A stretch of 64,000 nucleotides of DNA from Malacoraja senta. Lineage: Eukaryota. The stretch lies in the NCBI GenBank assembly GCA_038087875.1, contig CM076001.1:1180001-1244000 (forward strand), in the 5' to 3' direction. The position numbers and the translations under genes were made by a program. Under the pieces are notes generated by a model that saw nothing but the letters and a program-made list of their open reading frames with translations, was not told the DNA's origin and did no database searches. Numbering within the stretch: position 1 is the first letter of the stretch; each line of letters starts with the position of its first letter. Positions 36,916-49,619 of this stretch are shown piece by piece.

Positions 36916-39900
36916 TATATTACTAAAACTCATCTTGTTTGTTTCGATATATCTATATTTGTTTGTAGCTATATTTGTGCAAAAACGGTTCACAATAGTG
37001 CTACAATTTTGGCCCACCTTACCATTCTCCTGTGATGTTTCCTTCAAATTGATGGAATATTTTAGAAGTTATTGACATTTTAAACTTTACAAAAAACACA
37101 TTAAAAACTACAAAAAACACTTTTTAAAAAACTGTTTTCCACTTGCCTTGCCCGTCAGCCGCCTTCCACCTCACAATGGGATCCTGAATTTCATTTACAT
37201 TTAAAAAAACTCAGTTTTAAAAATAATATTGCGATTTTCATTGTGGGGGGTGGCATTGGGGGGAGGTTTCATTAAAAAAAAACCATCATGATTTTCATGG
37301 GGGAGGGGGGTGGGGGTGGGGTGGGATAGGGGGGAGGTTTCCATTAACATTAAAAAATTGCAGGAAAAAACTCAGTTTAAAAAAACATCACGATTTTCAT
37401 TCACATATAACATATAACAATTACAGCACGGAAACAGGCCATCTCGACCCTTCTAGTCCATGCCGAACACGTATTCTCCCCTAGTCCCATATACCTGCAC
37501 TCAGACCATAACCCTCCATTCCTTTCCCGTCCATATAACTATCCAATTTATTTTTAAATGATAAAAACGAACCTGCCTCCACCACCTTCACTGGAAGCTC
37601 ATTCCACACAGCCACCACTCTCTGAGTAAAGAAGTTCCCCCTCATGTTACCCCTAAACTTCTGTCCCTTAATTCTCAAGTCATGTCCCATTGTTTGAATC
37701 TTCCCTACTCTCAGTGGGAAAAGCTTATCCACATCAACTGTCTATCCCTCTCATCATTTTAAAGACCTCTATCAAGTCCCCCCTTAACCTTCTGCGCTCC
37801 AAAGAATAAAGCCCTAACTTGTTCAACCTTTCTCTGTAACTTAATTGCTGAAACCCAGGCAACATTCTAGTAAATCTCCTCTGTACTCTCTCTATTTTGT
37901 TGACATCCTTCCTATAATTAGGCGACCAAAATTGTACACCATACTCCAGAATTGGCCTCACCAATGCCTTGTACAATTTTAACATTACATCCCAGCTTCT
38001 ATACTCAATGCTCTGATTTATAAAAGCCAGCACACCAAAAGCTTTCTTTACCACCCTATCTACATGAGATTCCACTTTCAGGGAACTGTGCACAGTTATT
38101 CCAAGATCCCTCTGTTCACCTGCATTCTTCAATTCCCTACCATTTACCATGTACGTCCTATTTTGATTTGTCCTGCCAAGATGTAGCACCTCACACTTAT
38201 CAGCATTAAACTCCATCTGCCATCTTTCAAGCCCACTCTTCCAACCGGCATAAATCTCTCTGTAGACTTTGAAAATCTACTTCATTATCCACAGCCCCAC
38301 CTATCTTAGTATCATCTGCATACTTACTAATCCAATTTACCACACCATCATCCAGATCATTGATGTACATGACAAACAACAGTGGACCCAACACAGATCC
38401 CTGTGGCACCCCACTAGTCACTGGCCTCCAACCTGACAAACAACCATCCACCATTACTCTCTGGCATCTCCCATTCAGCCACTGTTGAATCCATCTTGCT
38501 ACTCCACCAATAATACCCAACCATTGAACCTTCTTAACCAACCTTCCGTGAGGAACCTTGTCAAAGGCCTTACTGAAGTCCATATATACAACATCCATGG
38601 CTTTACCCTCATCAATTTCCCGAGTAACCTCTTCAAAAAATTCAAGAAGATTAGTCAAACATGACCTTCCAGGCACAAATCCGTGTTGACTGTTCCTAAT
38701 CAGCCCCTGTTTATCCAGATGCTTATATATATTATCTCTAAGTATCCTTTCCATTAATTTGCCCACCACTGACGTCAAACTAACAGGTCTATAATTGCTA
38801 GGTTTACTCTTAGACCCCTTTTTAAACAATGGAACAACATCCTTTTGCTATTAATATAGCTGTAGAAACCCTTTGGATTTACTTTCACCTTATTTGCCAA
38901 AGCAACCTCATATCTTCTTTTAGCTTTTCTAATTTCTTTCTTAAGACTCTTTTTACATTTTTTATACTCCTCAAGCACCTCATTTACTCCATGCTGCCTA
39001 TAATTATTGTAGATCTCTCACTTTTTCTGAACTAAGTGTCCAATTTCCCTTGAAAACCATGGCTCTTTCCAATTTTTACTATTTCCTTTCAACCGAACAG
39101 GGACATAAAGATTCTGTACTCTTAAAATTTCACCTTTAAATGTCCTCCATTTCTCTTCCACATCTTTCCCATAAAACAAACTGTCCCAATTTACTCCTTT
39201 TAAATCCTTTCGCATCTCCTCAAAGTTAGCCTTTCTCCAATCAAAAATCTCAACCCTGGGTCCAGTTCTGACCCTCTCCATAATTATATTGAAACTAATG
39301 GTATTGTGATCACTGGTCCCGAACTGTTCCCCAACGCATACCTCTGCCACCTGACCCGTCTCATTTCCTAACAGGAGGTCCAGCACCGCCCCTTCTCTAG
39401 TAGGTACTTCTATGTATTGCTGCAAAAAAACTATCCTGCACACATTTTACAAACTCCAACCCATCCAGCCCATTTACAGAATGTGTTTCCCAGTCTATGT
39501 GTGGAAAATTGAAATCTCCCACAATCACTACCTTGTGCTTACTACTAATATCTGCAATCTCCTTACATATTTGCTCCTCCAATTCTCGCTCCCCATTTGG
39601 TGGTCTATAATACACCCCTATGAGTGTTGCTACCCCTTTCCCATTTCTCAGTTCCACCCAAATAGCCTCCCTAGAAGAGCCCTCTAATCTATCCTGCCAA
39701 AGCACTGCTGTAATATGTTCCCTGATAAGCAATGCAACACCTCCACCTCTTGCCCCTCCAATTCTATCACACCTGAAGCAACGAAATCCTGGAATATTTA
39801 GTTTCCAATCACAGCCCTCCTGCAACCATGTTTCACTGATCGCCACAACATCATACTTCCAGGTGTCAATCCAGGCTTTAAGTTCATCCACCTTTCTTAC

Positions 39901-41009
39901 AATGCTCCTAGCATTAAAATATACACATTTAAGAAACCCACCCTCTCTTATTCTCTGTTTATTGTCTTTTTCTTCTCTCTCCCCTACATTTTGGGTCAGA
40001 GTGCTTCCATTCTCTGCCTCCTGCCTCACACACTGACTGCTAGCTTTCCCAATTTGAGTCCCCCCCCCCCAACCATACTAGTTTAAAGTCTCCCCAGTAG
40101 CCTTTGCAAATCTACCCGCCAGGATATTGGTCCCCCTCGAGTTCAAGTGCAACCCATCCTTTCTGTACAGGTCGCACCTTCCCCAAAAGAGGTCCCAATG
40201 ATCCAGAAACTTGAATCCATACCCACTGCACCAGTCCCTCATCCACTCATTTATCCTCCACCTCGCTCCATTCCTACTCTCACTGTCGCGTGGCACAGGC
40301 AGTAATCCTGAGATTGTTACCTTTGCCGTCCTTCTCCTTAACTCTCTACCTAACTCCCTAAATTCTTCTTTCAGGACCTCTTCTCTTTTTTAACCTATGT
40401 CGTTGGTACCTATATGTACCACAATTGTTGGGGTTGGGATAGGGGTGAGGTTTCATTTAAAAAAAAAACGCATTTTTCATTGGGGGGTGGGATAGGGGGA
40501 GGTGAGGAGTGGGGGAGCAAGGGGTAGAGGGAGAGGAGGAGGGTAGGGAGGGGAGAGGGGTTATGGAGGGAGGGAGGGAGTGAGTGACTGAGGGTAGGGG
40601 AAAGGTGAGGGAGGGAGTGGGGGAAGGGAGGGGAAGAGGAGAGGGGAAAGAAGAGGGAGGTTGAAGAGGAGGGGGAGGGAGTGCTGCGGGATGAGGGGGA
40701 ATGGAGGATGATAGGGGTAGGAAGAGGGATGGCGAGGTAATGGAGAAGGGGAGGGGGAAGATGGAGGAGTGGAGGGAGGGGGTGAGGGGAGGAAGCAGAG
40801 GAGGGTTGGGAGAGGGAGGATAATGGAGGATGGGGATTTGGGGACTGAAGAGGGAGAGTGAGATGCGTTCACATTGGTCTTATTTTTTACAAGTTATTGC
40901 CATTTTAAACATTAAAAACATCAGCCCCGCCTGCGCAGTTGGGGGCTATGGGTGAGTGGTGGAATGTTGCGTTGGGGAAACGGGGTCCAACGGATCCCAC
41001 TTGGTCTAG
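36916..41009 (+). mobile_element. Helitron-like unit 3 of the array, interrupted by CR1 copy 3
   Basis: 5' TATATTACTAAAACTCATCTT; 3' GGGGTCCAACGGATCCC...CTAG|T. Homologous to 6042-7258. Confidence 0.62.
37402..40423 (-). mobile_element. CR1 LINE copy 3 (different subfamily; internal deletion at ~38840)
   Basis: ORF1 end FLDHWDLFWGRCDLYRKDGLHLN (esterase/SGNH-type), EN YFNARSIVRK, RT MDFSKAFDKV and KYADD, tail (TTATATG)n. INSKRM is joined directly to VPLFKK. Confidence 0.93.
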
Positions 41010-41419
41010 TTACTTTTAAAATTATATAACATGTTTTATGTCTGAAACATGGCAAAAACCAATGATCTAAAGCCAGTAACTAATTTGAAGGTACCGTTTC
41101 CATATCAGGAAGTTGGAGGAGCTGGGGCACAGTCTGATATCCTGGTGCTACACATTAATTTAGAGTCTCCCCTTAGTTCCAAAACTGGCCATATAGGATG
41201 TGAATTAGTTGTGAACGTGGGAGCAGAACAGAGGAAAGACTTTTCAACAATCCTGTTGGAGATCATATGGATTTTAATGAGTTCTGCTCAGGATGAAGTA
41301 ACCGGCTCTACAAAGTTATAATTACATATTGGTTGCAACCTTCTACATTGTTATGAAAACTCTAGGACTATTCCCACTTTTTTTTCTGTGGGTGTCCTAG
41401 ATGCTCAGAAATCCGTGAC

Positions 41420-41500
41420 TTCTCTCCAGAGATGCTGCCTAACCTGCTAAGTTACTCCAGCATTTTGTGTCTAAAATCAGCATCTACAGTTCTTTCCTAC
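41420..41500 (+). mobile_element. Penelope pLTR remnant
   Basis: TCTCCAGAGATGCTGCCTAACCTGCTAAGTTACTCCAGCATTTTGTGTCTA...CAGCATCTACAGTTC. Confidence 0.6.
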
Positions 41501-43082
41501 ATACATACCTGTTTTGGGGAAGGAAAATTAAGGCTGAATTTGATCCAACTCATGAGAATCTTATCAAAACCAGACCTCAGTATTCTTAACTATCAATTTT
41601 ACTCATCATTCTAATGAACTATCTTGACTATCTATTAATCCACATATAACAATATATATCTCCCACAATGGTCGTCTTTGTCGAACAGATCTCTGTAAGA
41701 ATGGTGAAATCTTATTCAACCCATTCTTATAATACAGATCACAATATGCCAGAGGTTTTTCTGCTACTCTGTGGAAATTAAGAGTGTACATGATGACTTC
41801 TTGAAGTAAATTACATGCATTAATGTCTGATTTCTGATTAATTTTAGCTTGTGCCGAGGTCAATACAAGCAGCCCATACATCAATATCTGGCAACTGGCA
41901 ATCTGTGTATTAGGTCTACATTTTGTGCATTTCAAAACCTATCCACGGGATAAATATATGAATAAATGCTGAATAGAAGAAAGATTTAGTGTGTGCTCCA
42001 CAACTATAGTTAATTTCCTTTCTTGCAATAATGTAGTTCAAGAGGACAGGGGGGTCGGGTAGAGATGAATTGCAGAAAGTGAGGCCTGTCTACTTTATTT
42101 TAAAGCGTGTGTGCTCTGATTGAATTACAGCATATTAAAAATCAGTACTTCTTGGAGATGATTGAGAAAAACAGTGTTCATGCTTTGCTGGTGTTAATAT
42201 TGTATCATGAAAACCAGACACTGAGAGCACAAAATGATGTTAAAGCATAAAATATGCACAAGAAGATAAGCAAATTTGATAGGGAATCCAGCATGACAGT
42301 GAATTTGAACAGTTTTTAAAGAATTAACATTGTAAGTTTGCTGATTTAAACCATCATTAACTTAATAAAGGAAACAATAAATGATTAGTAACTTTTGTGC
42401 TTATCATTCAATAAGTGTTGATGAATGATGATGAGCTGAAAAGCTGCCCAGTTTTTAATTTTTCAATAATTTACACCTAATAGGGAGCTTCTGTGTAATA
42501 TTTACCAATACATCTCTTTTTGCAGTGCCCAACTTCAATCTTTTAACAGCATTGAATATTGATAAGAAGAGTGATTTTATTTGTTTTCTCTCTCAACTTG
42601 ATAGCTCTCAATCCAACAGTATGTTTGCCTTGAGGATTCCCTTTCTCCATGTCTGCGAACCATCTTGGAGCAGCATCATATCTTGGAGGCAGCAGACCTT
42701 CTGTATGCAAACACTTTCAATTAAAGTGTTTCTATAGCAACTCTCACTCACCATTCAGCCTTGGATTGCAGTGAACACATCAAAAATTCTGACAATATTT
42801 CACATTTTCTGACTGCCCATATCGAGGAAATTATGCTTTATTTACTCAGACTTAGAATATGAGTGAACTTGCTATCGATTTGGAGCCTTGAATCTCTGAC
42901 ATCTGCTTCCTGTGGATGTCCTCTGGAAGTGTGAATTTGGTGAATCATCCTTCTTAATTACCAGGTATTATTAAATTTATTGATTCATAATTCAAATTGC
43001 CTCTGCAGGTAGAATATATGGCACCGTATTTAGACATTTTCCAGTGTGATTTATGTATAGGGCAACCAGCTTTTCCAGCAAT

Positions 43083-46000
43083 ATAATAATAATAATAATA
43101 CATTTTATTTGTATAGCGCTTTTCAAGGACTCAAAGTCGCTTTACATGGAGAGTCAAAAACAAAACAAAATAGAGCAGTAAGACAGAGATGCAAAGGGGA
43201 GGGGGACATGAGACTAGGGGTATGCAGAGGTGAAGAGATGGGTCTTGAGGCGGGACTGGAGGATGGTGAGGGACTCAGAATTTCGGATCAATTGTGGGAG
43301 GGAGTTCCAGAGCCTGGGAGCTGCCCTGGAGAAGGCTCTGTTTCCAAAAGTGCAGAGGTTGGTTTTCAGAATGGAGAGGAGACCGGCTGATGTGGATCTG
43401 AGGGACCGTGAGGGTTGGAAGGGGGAGAGGAGGTCAGTGAGATAAGGGGGGGGCAAGTGGTTGAGGGCTTTGTAGGTGAGGACCAGGATTTTGTAGATGA
43501 TCCGGTGGGAAATGGGAAGCCCGTGAAGTTCTTTGAGAACTGGGGTGATGTGGTGCCAGGATTTGGTGTGGGTGATGAGTCGGGCAGCTGCATTCTGGAC
43601 CAGTTGGAGTCGGTTGATGATGCTGGAATTAATGCCAAAGAGAAGAGAGTTACAGTAGTCCAGTCGGGAGGAGATGAAGGCATGGATGAGTCTTTCAGCA
43701 GCGGGGGGTGTGAGAGAGGGTCTGATTTTGGCAATGTTGCGGAGGTGAAAAAATGATGTTTTGACAACATGGCGGATGTGAGGCTCAAGGGAGAGGGTTG
43801 AGTCAAAGATCACGCCAAGGTTGCGGGCCTGAGGAGATGGGTAGACAGTTGTGCCGTCAATAGTGAGAGTGGGGTTGTTAATTTTGGTAAGTGTTGATTT
43901 GGAGCCAGTGAGGAGAAATTCTGTTTTGTTACTGTTTAATTTAAGGAAGTTGAGTTGCATCCAAGATTTGATGGCTGACAGGCAGGAGTTGATATGGGAG
44001 AGAGAGGGGTGGTGGGGGGACTTGGTGCTGAGATAGATCTGGGTGTCATCAGCATAGCAATGGAAGTCCAGGTTGAAGTGACGGAGTATATGACCAAGGG
44101 GGAGGATGTAGATGATGAAAAGGAGGGGACCGAGAACAGAGCCTTGGGGAACGCCTTGAGTGACAGTGGCTGTGGCAGAGGTGTGGTTATGGAGAGAGAT
44201 GAAGTGGGATCGGTTGGAAAGGTAGGAACGGAGCCAGCTGAGTGCAGAACCTTCAATGCCAAGGTCTTTAAGTCTGGTAAGCAGGATGTTATGGTTCATG
44301 GTATCGAAGGCTGCACTCAGGTCGAGGAGGATGAGGATGTTGAGGGAACCAGTGTCAGCAGAGGTGAGGAGGTCATTGAGGACTTTGAGGAGAGCAGTTT
44401 CTGTGCTATGGAGGGGGCAAAAGCCAGATTGGAGGGGTTCGAATAGGTTATACGCGAGGAGGTGGGAATGAAGTTGTGACGCGACGATACGCTCCAGGGT
44501 TTTTGAAAGAAAGGGGAGGTTTGAGATAGGGCAGTAGTTAATGAGAGAGGAGGGATCAAGACCAGGTTTCTTTAAGATTGGTGTGACAGCAGCAGTTTTG
44601 AAAGTAGAGGGGACAATTCCTTGGGACAATGAGGAGTTGAAGAGATTAGTGAGGTTGGGGCAGAGAGCGGGGAGGCAGGACTTCAGCAGGGGAGTGGGGA
44701 GAGGGTCGAGGAAGCAGGTAGTGGGTTTGGAAGAGCTGATGAGTTTGGAGATTTCAGTAGGGGTGACCGGGTCAAACTGGGAGAGGAAGCAGTGTGGAGG
44801 AGGGGTAAGGAGGTCAGTGGAGATGTTGAAAGGAGGGGCCTTGGTAGGTGGTGGAGTAGATGCTGGGGAGTCGGGTACAGGGGATAAAGATTGATAGATG
44901 GTGCTGATTTTGTCAGCGAAAAAGTGGAGGAATGAGTTGCAGAGATCCGGAGTGGAGGTAGGGAGAGTGTTGGCTCGAGGCTTGAGGAGGTTGGACACTG
45001 GAGAAGAGGGTACTGTGGTTTAGGCAGGGGTCGGTGAATATGGAGGAGAGGTAGGCAGATTTAGCAGCAGTGAGGGCATCTTTGTAGGCAGTGAGGTGGA
45101 GTTTGTAAGCTTCATGGTGGACTGTGAGAGATGATTTCTTTATGAGTCGTTCAAGTCGGCGACCAGTCTGTTTCAGCTTACGAAGTGCAGGTGTGCACCC
45201 GGGTGAAGATTTATTAAAAGTTACGGTTCTTGTTTTGAGGGGGGCCAGAGTGTTAAGGGAGGTAGACAAGGTGGAATTGAGATGGTTTGTGAGATCATCA
45301 GGTGAGATGTGGGTTGAGTCCAGGGGGAGAGTGGTGGAGAGCAGGTCAGAGAGATGGTGGGGGTCGATGGATTTTAGATTACGGAAGGTGATTTCTCAGA
45401 GGAAGCGGGGGCGAGGTGTCGGAGAAGGGATGGTGAACCGTATAAGCTTATGATCAGAGAGGGGGAAGAGGCATGGATGGAGGTCGAGTACCGGTTGATT
45501 TGTGGAGCAGACCAGGTCAAGGATGTGACCTTTGTCATGAGTGGGAAAGGTGACGTGCTGAGTGAGAGAGAAGTTAAGTAAAAATGCGAATTCAGATGCG
45601 AGCTTGCAGGTGGGGGAGTCCATATGAATATTTAAGTCACCAAGTAGCAGCAGACGTGGGGAGAGAGATGAGGCAAGTGTGAGGAGTTCAGTGAAGTCAA
45701 ATAGGAAGGAGGGGTTTGGTTTAGGTGGCCGGTAAATGAGGATGACTGTCATGGAGGAAAGGGTTTTGAAGGCGAGGAATTCAAATGATGCTACTGGGGG
45801 AGGGGAAGTTCAGCGATCGGAAAGTTCTGGTTGAAAATAACAGCGAGGCCACCTCCATGGCGGGAGGGGCGGGGTTTGGAGATATAATTAAATCCAGATG
45901 GGGATGCTTGATTGAGGGAGAAGAAGACATTGGGTTGTTGCCAGGTTTCAGTGAGCAGAATGAAGTTAAGAGTGTTGTCAAGGATTAGTTCATGGAGGGC

Positions 46001-47010
46001 AAGGGCTTTGTTGTTGAGCGACCGGGTGTTGAGGAGGGCAAAGTTGGCATTGTGAGAGGGTGGAGGGATGGAGGCAGGCTGGAGAGATCTGAGGTTGTCC
46101 CAGTTGACAGTGCATGTGGTCAGCTGGGATGGGGGGTGACGCGGTTGAGGGGGGGCAGAGCGTGGTAGTGAGCAGATGGATGGAATGGAATGTCCGTGGC
46201 CGAAGCAAACAAGCTTGCGTCGAGAGCCTCTGTGGATGTAACGCAGAAGTGGATGTAACGAGAGCCTCTGTGGGATCGACACAGAAGTCCAAACTGTTTA
46301 ATGACTGAGATGCAGGATGGGATGTAATTGTTGAAGAGACCAGTCAGCCGCAGAGCCGAGTATTTGAGCATGATGAGGAGCCCGAGCAACTGCAGGAAGC
46401 AGCAGAGAGGTTGTCCAGCAGAGAAGGCGCAGAGGGGTGTCCAGCAGCGAGGACGCAGAGAGGCCGTGCAGGTGGAGAGAGTATCCAGCGGTGAGGGAGC
46501 AGAGAGGCCGTCCAATAGAGCGGGTGCAGCGAGGTGTCCAGCAGTGCAGGTGCAGAGAGGCAGTCCAGCAACGCAGGTGCAGGGGCCGTCCAGCGGGGCA
46601 GGTGCAGAGAGGCTGTCCAGGGTGCGGGTGCAGAGAGGATCCAGCGATGCTGGTGCAGGGAGGTGTCCAGCGTCGATGGTGCACAGACAGGTTACAAAAG
46701 AGGGGGGGGGGAATGGCGGGCGGAGAAGCGGCGAACATTCAACGCCAGCGTCCTCTCCGGGCAGCGTGCAGGGTTCTAGCGGCTAGCGATGTAGGCCGCA
46801 GGGCGACAGCCGTCGGCTGTCAGCTGAAGATCATTCCACGGCCAGAAACGCCGCAGACCACCGCAATCGGAGCGACCCTCCAGTGGTCCTCGTCGGGTGG
46901 TAGGTCCAGGCCTCGTCCGAGGTGGAAATTTACCGCAGTCGGCAATTGAAGCCGACTCGCTATAAGGAGTCGTTGTCATTCGAACCTGCTTCCACTGCCG
47001 CCATTTTCCT
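43083..47010 (-). mobile_element. Near-full-length L2-clade LINE (EN frameshifted, RT ORF open)
   Basis: RT ORF 43214-44998 (LLDLSAAFDT, GVPQGSVLGP, CYADDTQ, SRLDYCN, LVQNAAAR). EN motifs LLNTRSLNNK, LTETW, IYRPP, LGDLN, LSDH. (TAT)n tail; GC-rich 5' end starting GGAAAATGGCGGC. Confidence 0.93.
46400..46680. repeat. Imperfect ~25-30-bp minisatellite in the L2 5' region
   Basis: Recurrent GTCCAGC...GCAGGTGCAGAGAGG units. Confidence 0.75.
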
Positions 47011-47349
47011 TTTTGTTAAGGACAGGTGTTTCAAGGACTGAGACGCACAGATTTCAATTTTTATTACAAAGGAGTGTGAGGAGAAATTCCTTGTCCATTG
47101 GGGAAGAAGAAACAAAATCAATCAGGGTTTTCAAAAGGGTTTGATGGAACTGAAAGGAAAATAATTTGCAAAGGTCTTGGAGAAGAGTGAGGAATTGGGA
47201 ATGATGGGATAGTGACTAGGGGCTGACAATTCTGAATGCCTTGCACTTTAGTCCTGCTTCAAAATTGACCCGTCCCCAAATCCGCACAAGTCATGGCCTT
47301 ACCTGCAATATGCCAGCTATATTGGTTGAGATATTTTAAATGAGGGGAA

Positions 47350-47685
47350 ACCTTATAGAAGTTTGTAAAATTATGAGACAAAAGATAGGAATAAGATACC
47401 AATAAGATCAAACTGCAGAGCATCCTGGACAATACAGCTCACCCTTGATGTAAATGTCAAAAAACAGTGGGCATACTTTGTACACAGCAACTGGTGGAAC
47501 TTGCTGCCTGAGGTTGTGATGGAAGCATATATGATAATGGTATTCTAGAGTCTCTTAAATAGGTATAAGAATATTCTAGGAATAGAGACATATAGATCAT
47601 ATTCAGGCAGAGGAGATTACTTTAATGGCATCATGAACAGCACAAACGTGGGCTGAAGGGCCTGTCCTGTGATATATTCCATGTT
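47350..47685 (+). mobile_element. Decayed CR1 3' remnant
   Basis: CTTATAGAAGTTTGTAAAATTATGAG...GGAACTTGCTGCCTGAGG...GGGCTGAAGGGCCTGTCCTGTG. Confidence 0.55.
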
Positions 47686-48083
47686 CCTTGTACCAAGGAT
47701 AAGGTAAATTGTTGGGTTGGGCAGCTCAATATATATGGATATGAACTGTAGTCTGTCACTGATGCCCATATCATAAGGAGGGCAAGGGATGCTCCAGCTG
47801 CTAATGTCAAAGTAATTTGCAATCCTAATTTTTCCAGTAGTAAAAATACTATTTGTATAGCATCATTATCACACTAAAGAATAGAACTCTGATTTTTTCT
47901 CCTCCATTGTTTAAGGCCTAAGAGGCAATTGATTTAAAACAGAATTTGACTTAATGCCACATCCACAGTTTCTGTCTTTTTTTTCACTATATATATGGTG
48001 CTTTTGCTTTGCAAGTTTAAATGATATACATGAGTTTTATTTTGCAATAGTACCAAACTTAAGAAGTAAACATAGAATATAAA

Positions 48084-48268
48084 AGGTACACAAAAATGCT
48101 GGAGAAACTCAGCGGGTGCAGCAGCATCTATGGAGCGAAGGAGATAGGCAACGTTTCGGGCCGAAACGTTGCCTATCTCCTTCGCTCCAGAGATGCTGCT
48201 GCACCCGCTGAGTTTCTCCAGCATTTTTGTGTACCTACGATTTTCCAGCATCTGCAGTTCCTTCTTAA
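48084..48268. mobile_element. Young palindromic Penelope-pLTR-derived element
   Basis: 153-bp hairpin at 48084-48236 (76-bp arms, one mismatch seen) plus a 3' extension. AAAC(A/G)TAGAATATAAA is duplicated at 48068-48083 and 48269-48284. Confidence 0.88.
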
Positions 48269-48747
48269 AAACGTAGAATATAAATTGGAAGCATATCTAT
48301 ACTAATTGAAGTAACCTGGAGTTAATATACTTTATCAAGGATTTTGACTTCTCCTTCTCCTGTGTCCAATCAAACCAATAGAATATGAAGTTTGAATCAT
48401 GTCATGGCAAGAGATGCATGGGAGATAAATTGGTAATTTCCAGTCCGTCTTTGTCTACCAATAAATAGCTTCACATTGGATTGAATTTGTCCATTGATTT
48501 AAGTCTTGGAGCATTATATAATATGGGGAAAGCATACCATATGCAATATCATCTATCTGCAATCCATGGTAATGTTTTCATATGCCTGCTCAACATATGG
48601 GTTTCCCAGACACTCACTATAGTTCAACCTCTTAAAGTGTGTAACAAAATCTGGATAATCCATCCTCTCTATATCGTAATATTAAATATATTAAGTATAT
48701 TAAATATAGTAATCTCAGTGAAGTTAGTAAAATGAACTGTTGATATA

Positions 48748-48986
48748 CAGGTCCACCACTGATTTTCTGGCAGCTGGTAGTCCAGCACCTCCTTTAACCT
48801 GGCCATAATTACAAGAGGCCACTTGAAATAATTACAAGAGCAGGCAGATCTGTTCCGATTGAACTCCGTGACCAACTTTATGGGCGGGTATCTCGACCAC
48901 CGGGGCAGTGACCTCTGTCGGTACAGCAAAATGGATAATCCAGCAAGACTGAAAACAAGGGTGCCAGAAAATTGGTGGTGGACCTG
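48748..48986. mobile_element. Tc1/mariner-type MITE
   Basis: 25-bp TIR CAGGTCCACCAC(TG/CA)ATTTTCTGGCA flanked by TA on both sides. Confidence 0.85.
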
Positions 48987-49159
48987 TAATTTATAATTAA
49001 TATCCTTAATCCTTGACTTATTCTTTGATCATAAATTGCACATGTAAGTCGGATGTTCTTATCATTGCATGATCTTTCTACCTGGAGTATGCTGGCTAGA
49101 ATAATGATGCATTTCTGTAATCAACATGAGTATCAGTATAATAATCATTTTGTTATATT

Positions 49160-49419
49160 GGGCAGCAAAGTGGCAGAATGGTAGAGTTGCTGCCTTACAG
49201 CGCCAGAGACCCATGTTCAATCCTGACCATGGATGCTGTCTGTATGGAGTTTGTACATTCTCTCTGTAACCACATGGGTTTTCTCCGGGTACTCTGGTTT
49301 TCTCCCACATTCCAAAAACGCAAGTTTGTAGGTTAATTGGCTTCTGCAAATTGTCCCTAGTGTGTAGGATAGAACTAGTGCACAGGTGATTGCTGGTCGG
49401 CACCAACCCAGTGGGCCCA
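49160..49419 (+). mobile_element. tRNA-derived V-SINE (HE1-like)
   Basis: A/B-box-like head (GTGGCAGAATGG, GTTCAATCC), V-domain-like GTCTGTATGGAGTTTGTACATTCTC...TTCTCCCACATTCCAAA. Cut by the assembly gap. Confidence 0.75.
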
Positions 49420-49619
49420 NNNNNNNNNNNNNNNNNNNNNNNNNNNNNNNNNNNNNNNNNNNNNNNNNNNNNNNNNNNNNNNNNNNNNNNNNNNNNNNNN
49501 NNNNNNNNNNNNNNNNNNNNNNNNNNNNNNNNNNNNNNNNNNNNNNNNNNNNNNNNNNNNNNNNNNNNNNNNNNNNNNNNNNNNNNNNNNNNNNNNNNNN
49601 NNNNNNNNNNNNNNNNNNN
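49420..49619. other. Assembly gap (200 N)
   Basis: Run of N. Confidence 1.

Noticed and set aside
43230..46949. Many + strand ORFs over the L2 (and antisense ORFs over the CR1s and DIRS)
   Set aside because: Shadow frames of the TE coding strand.
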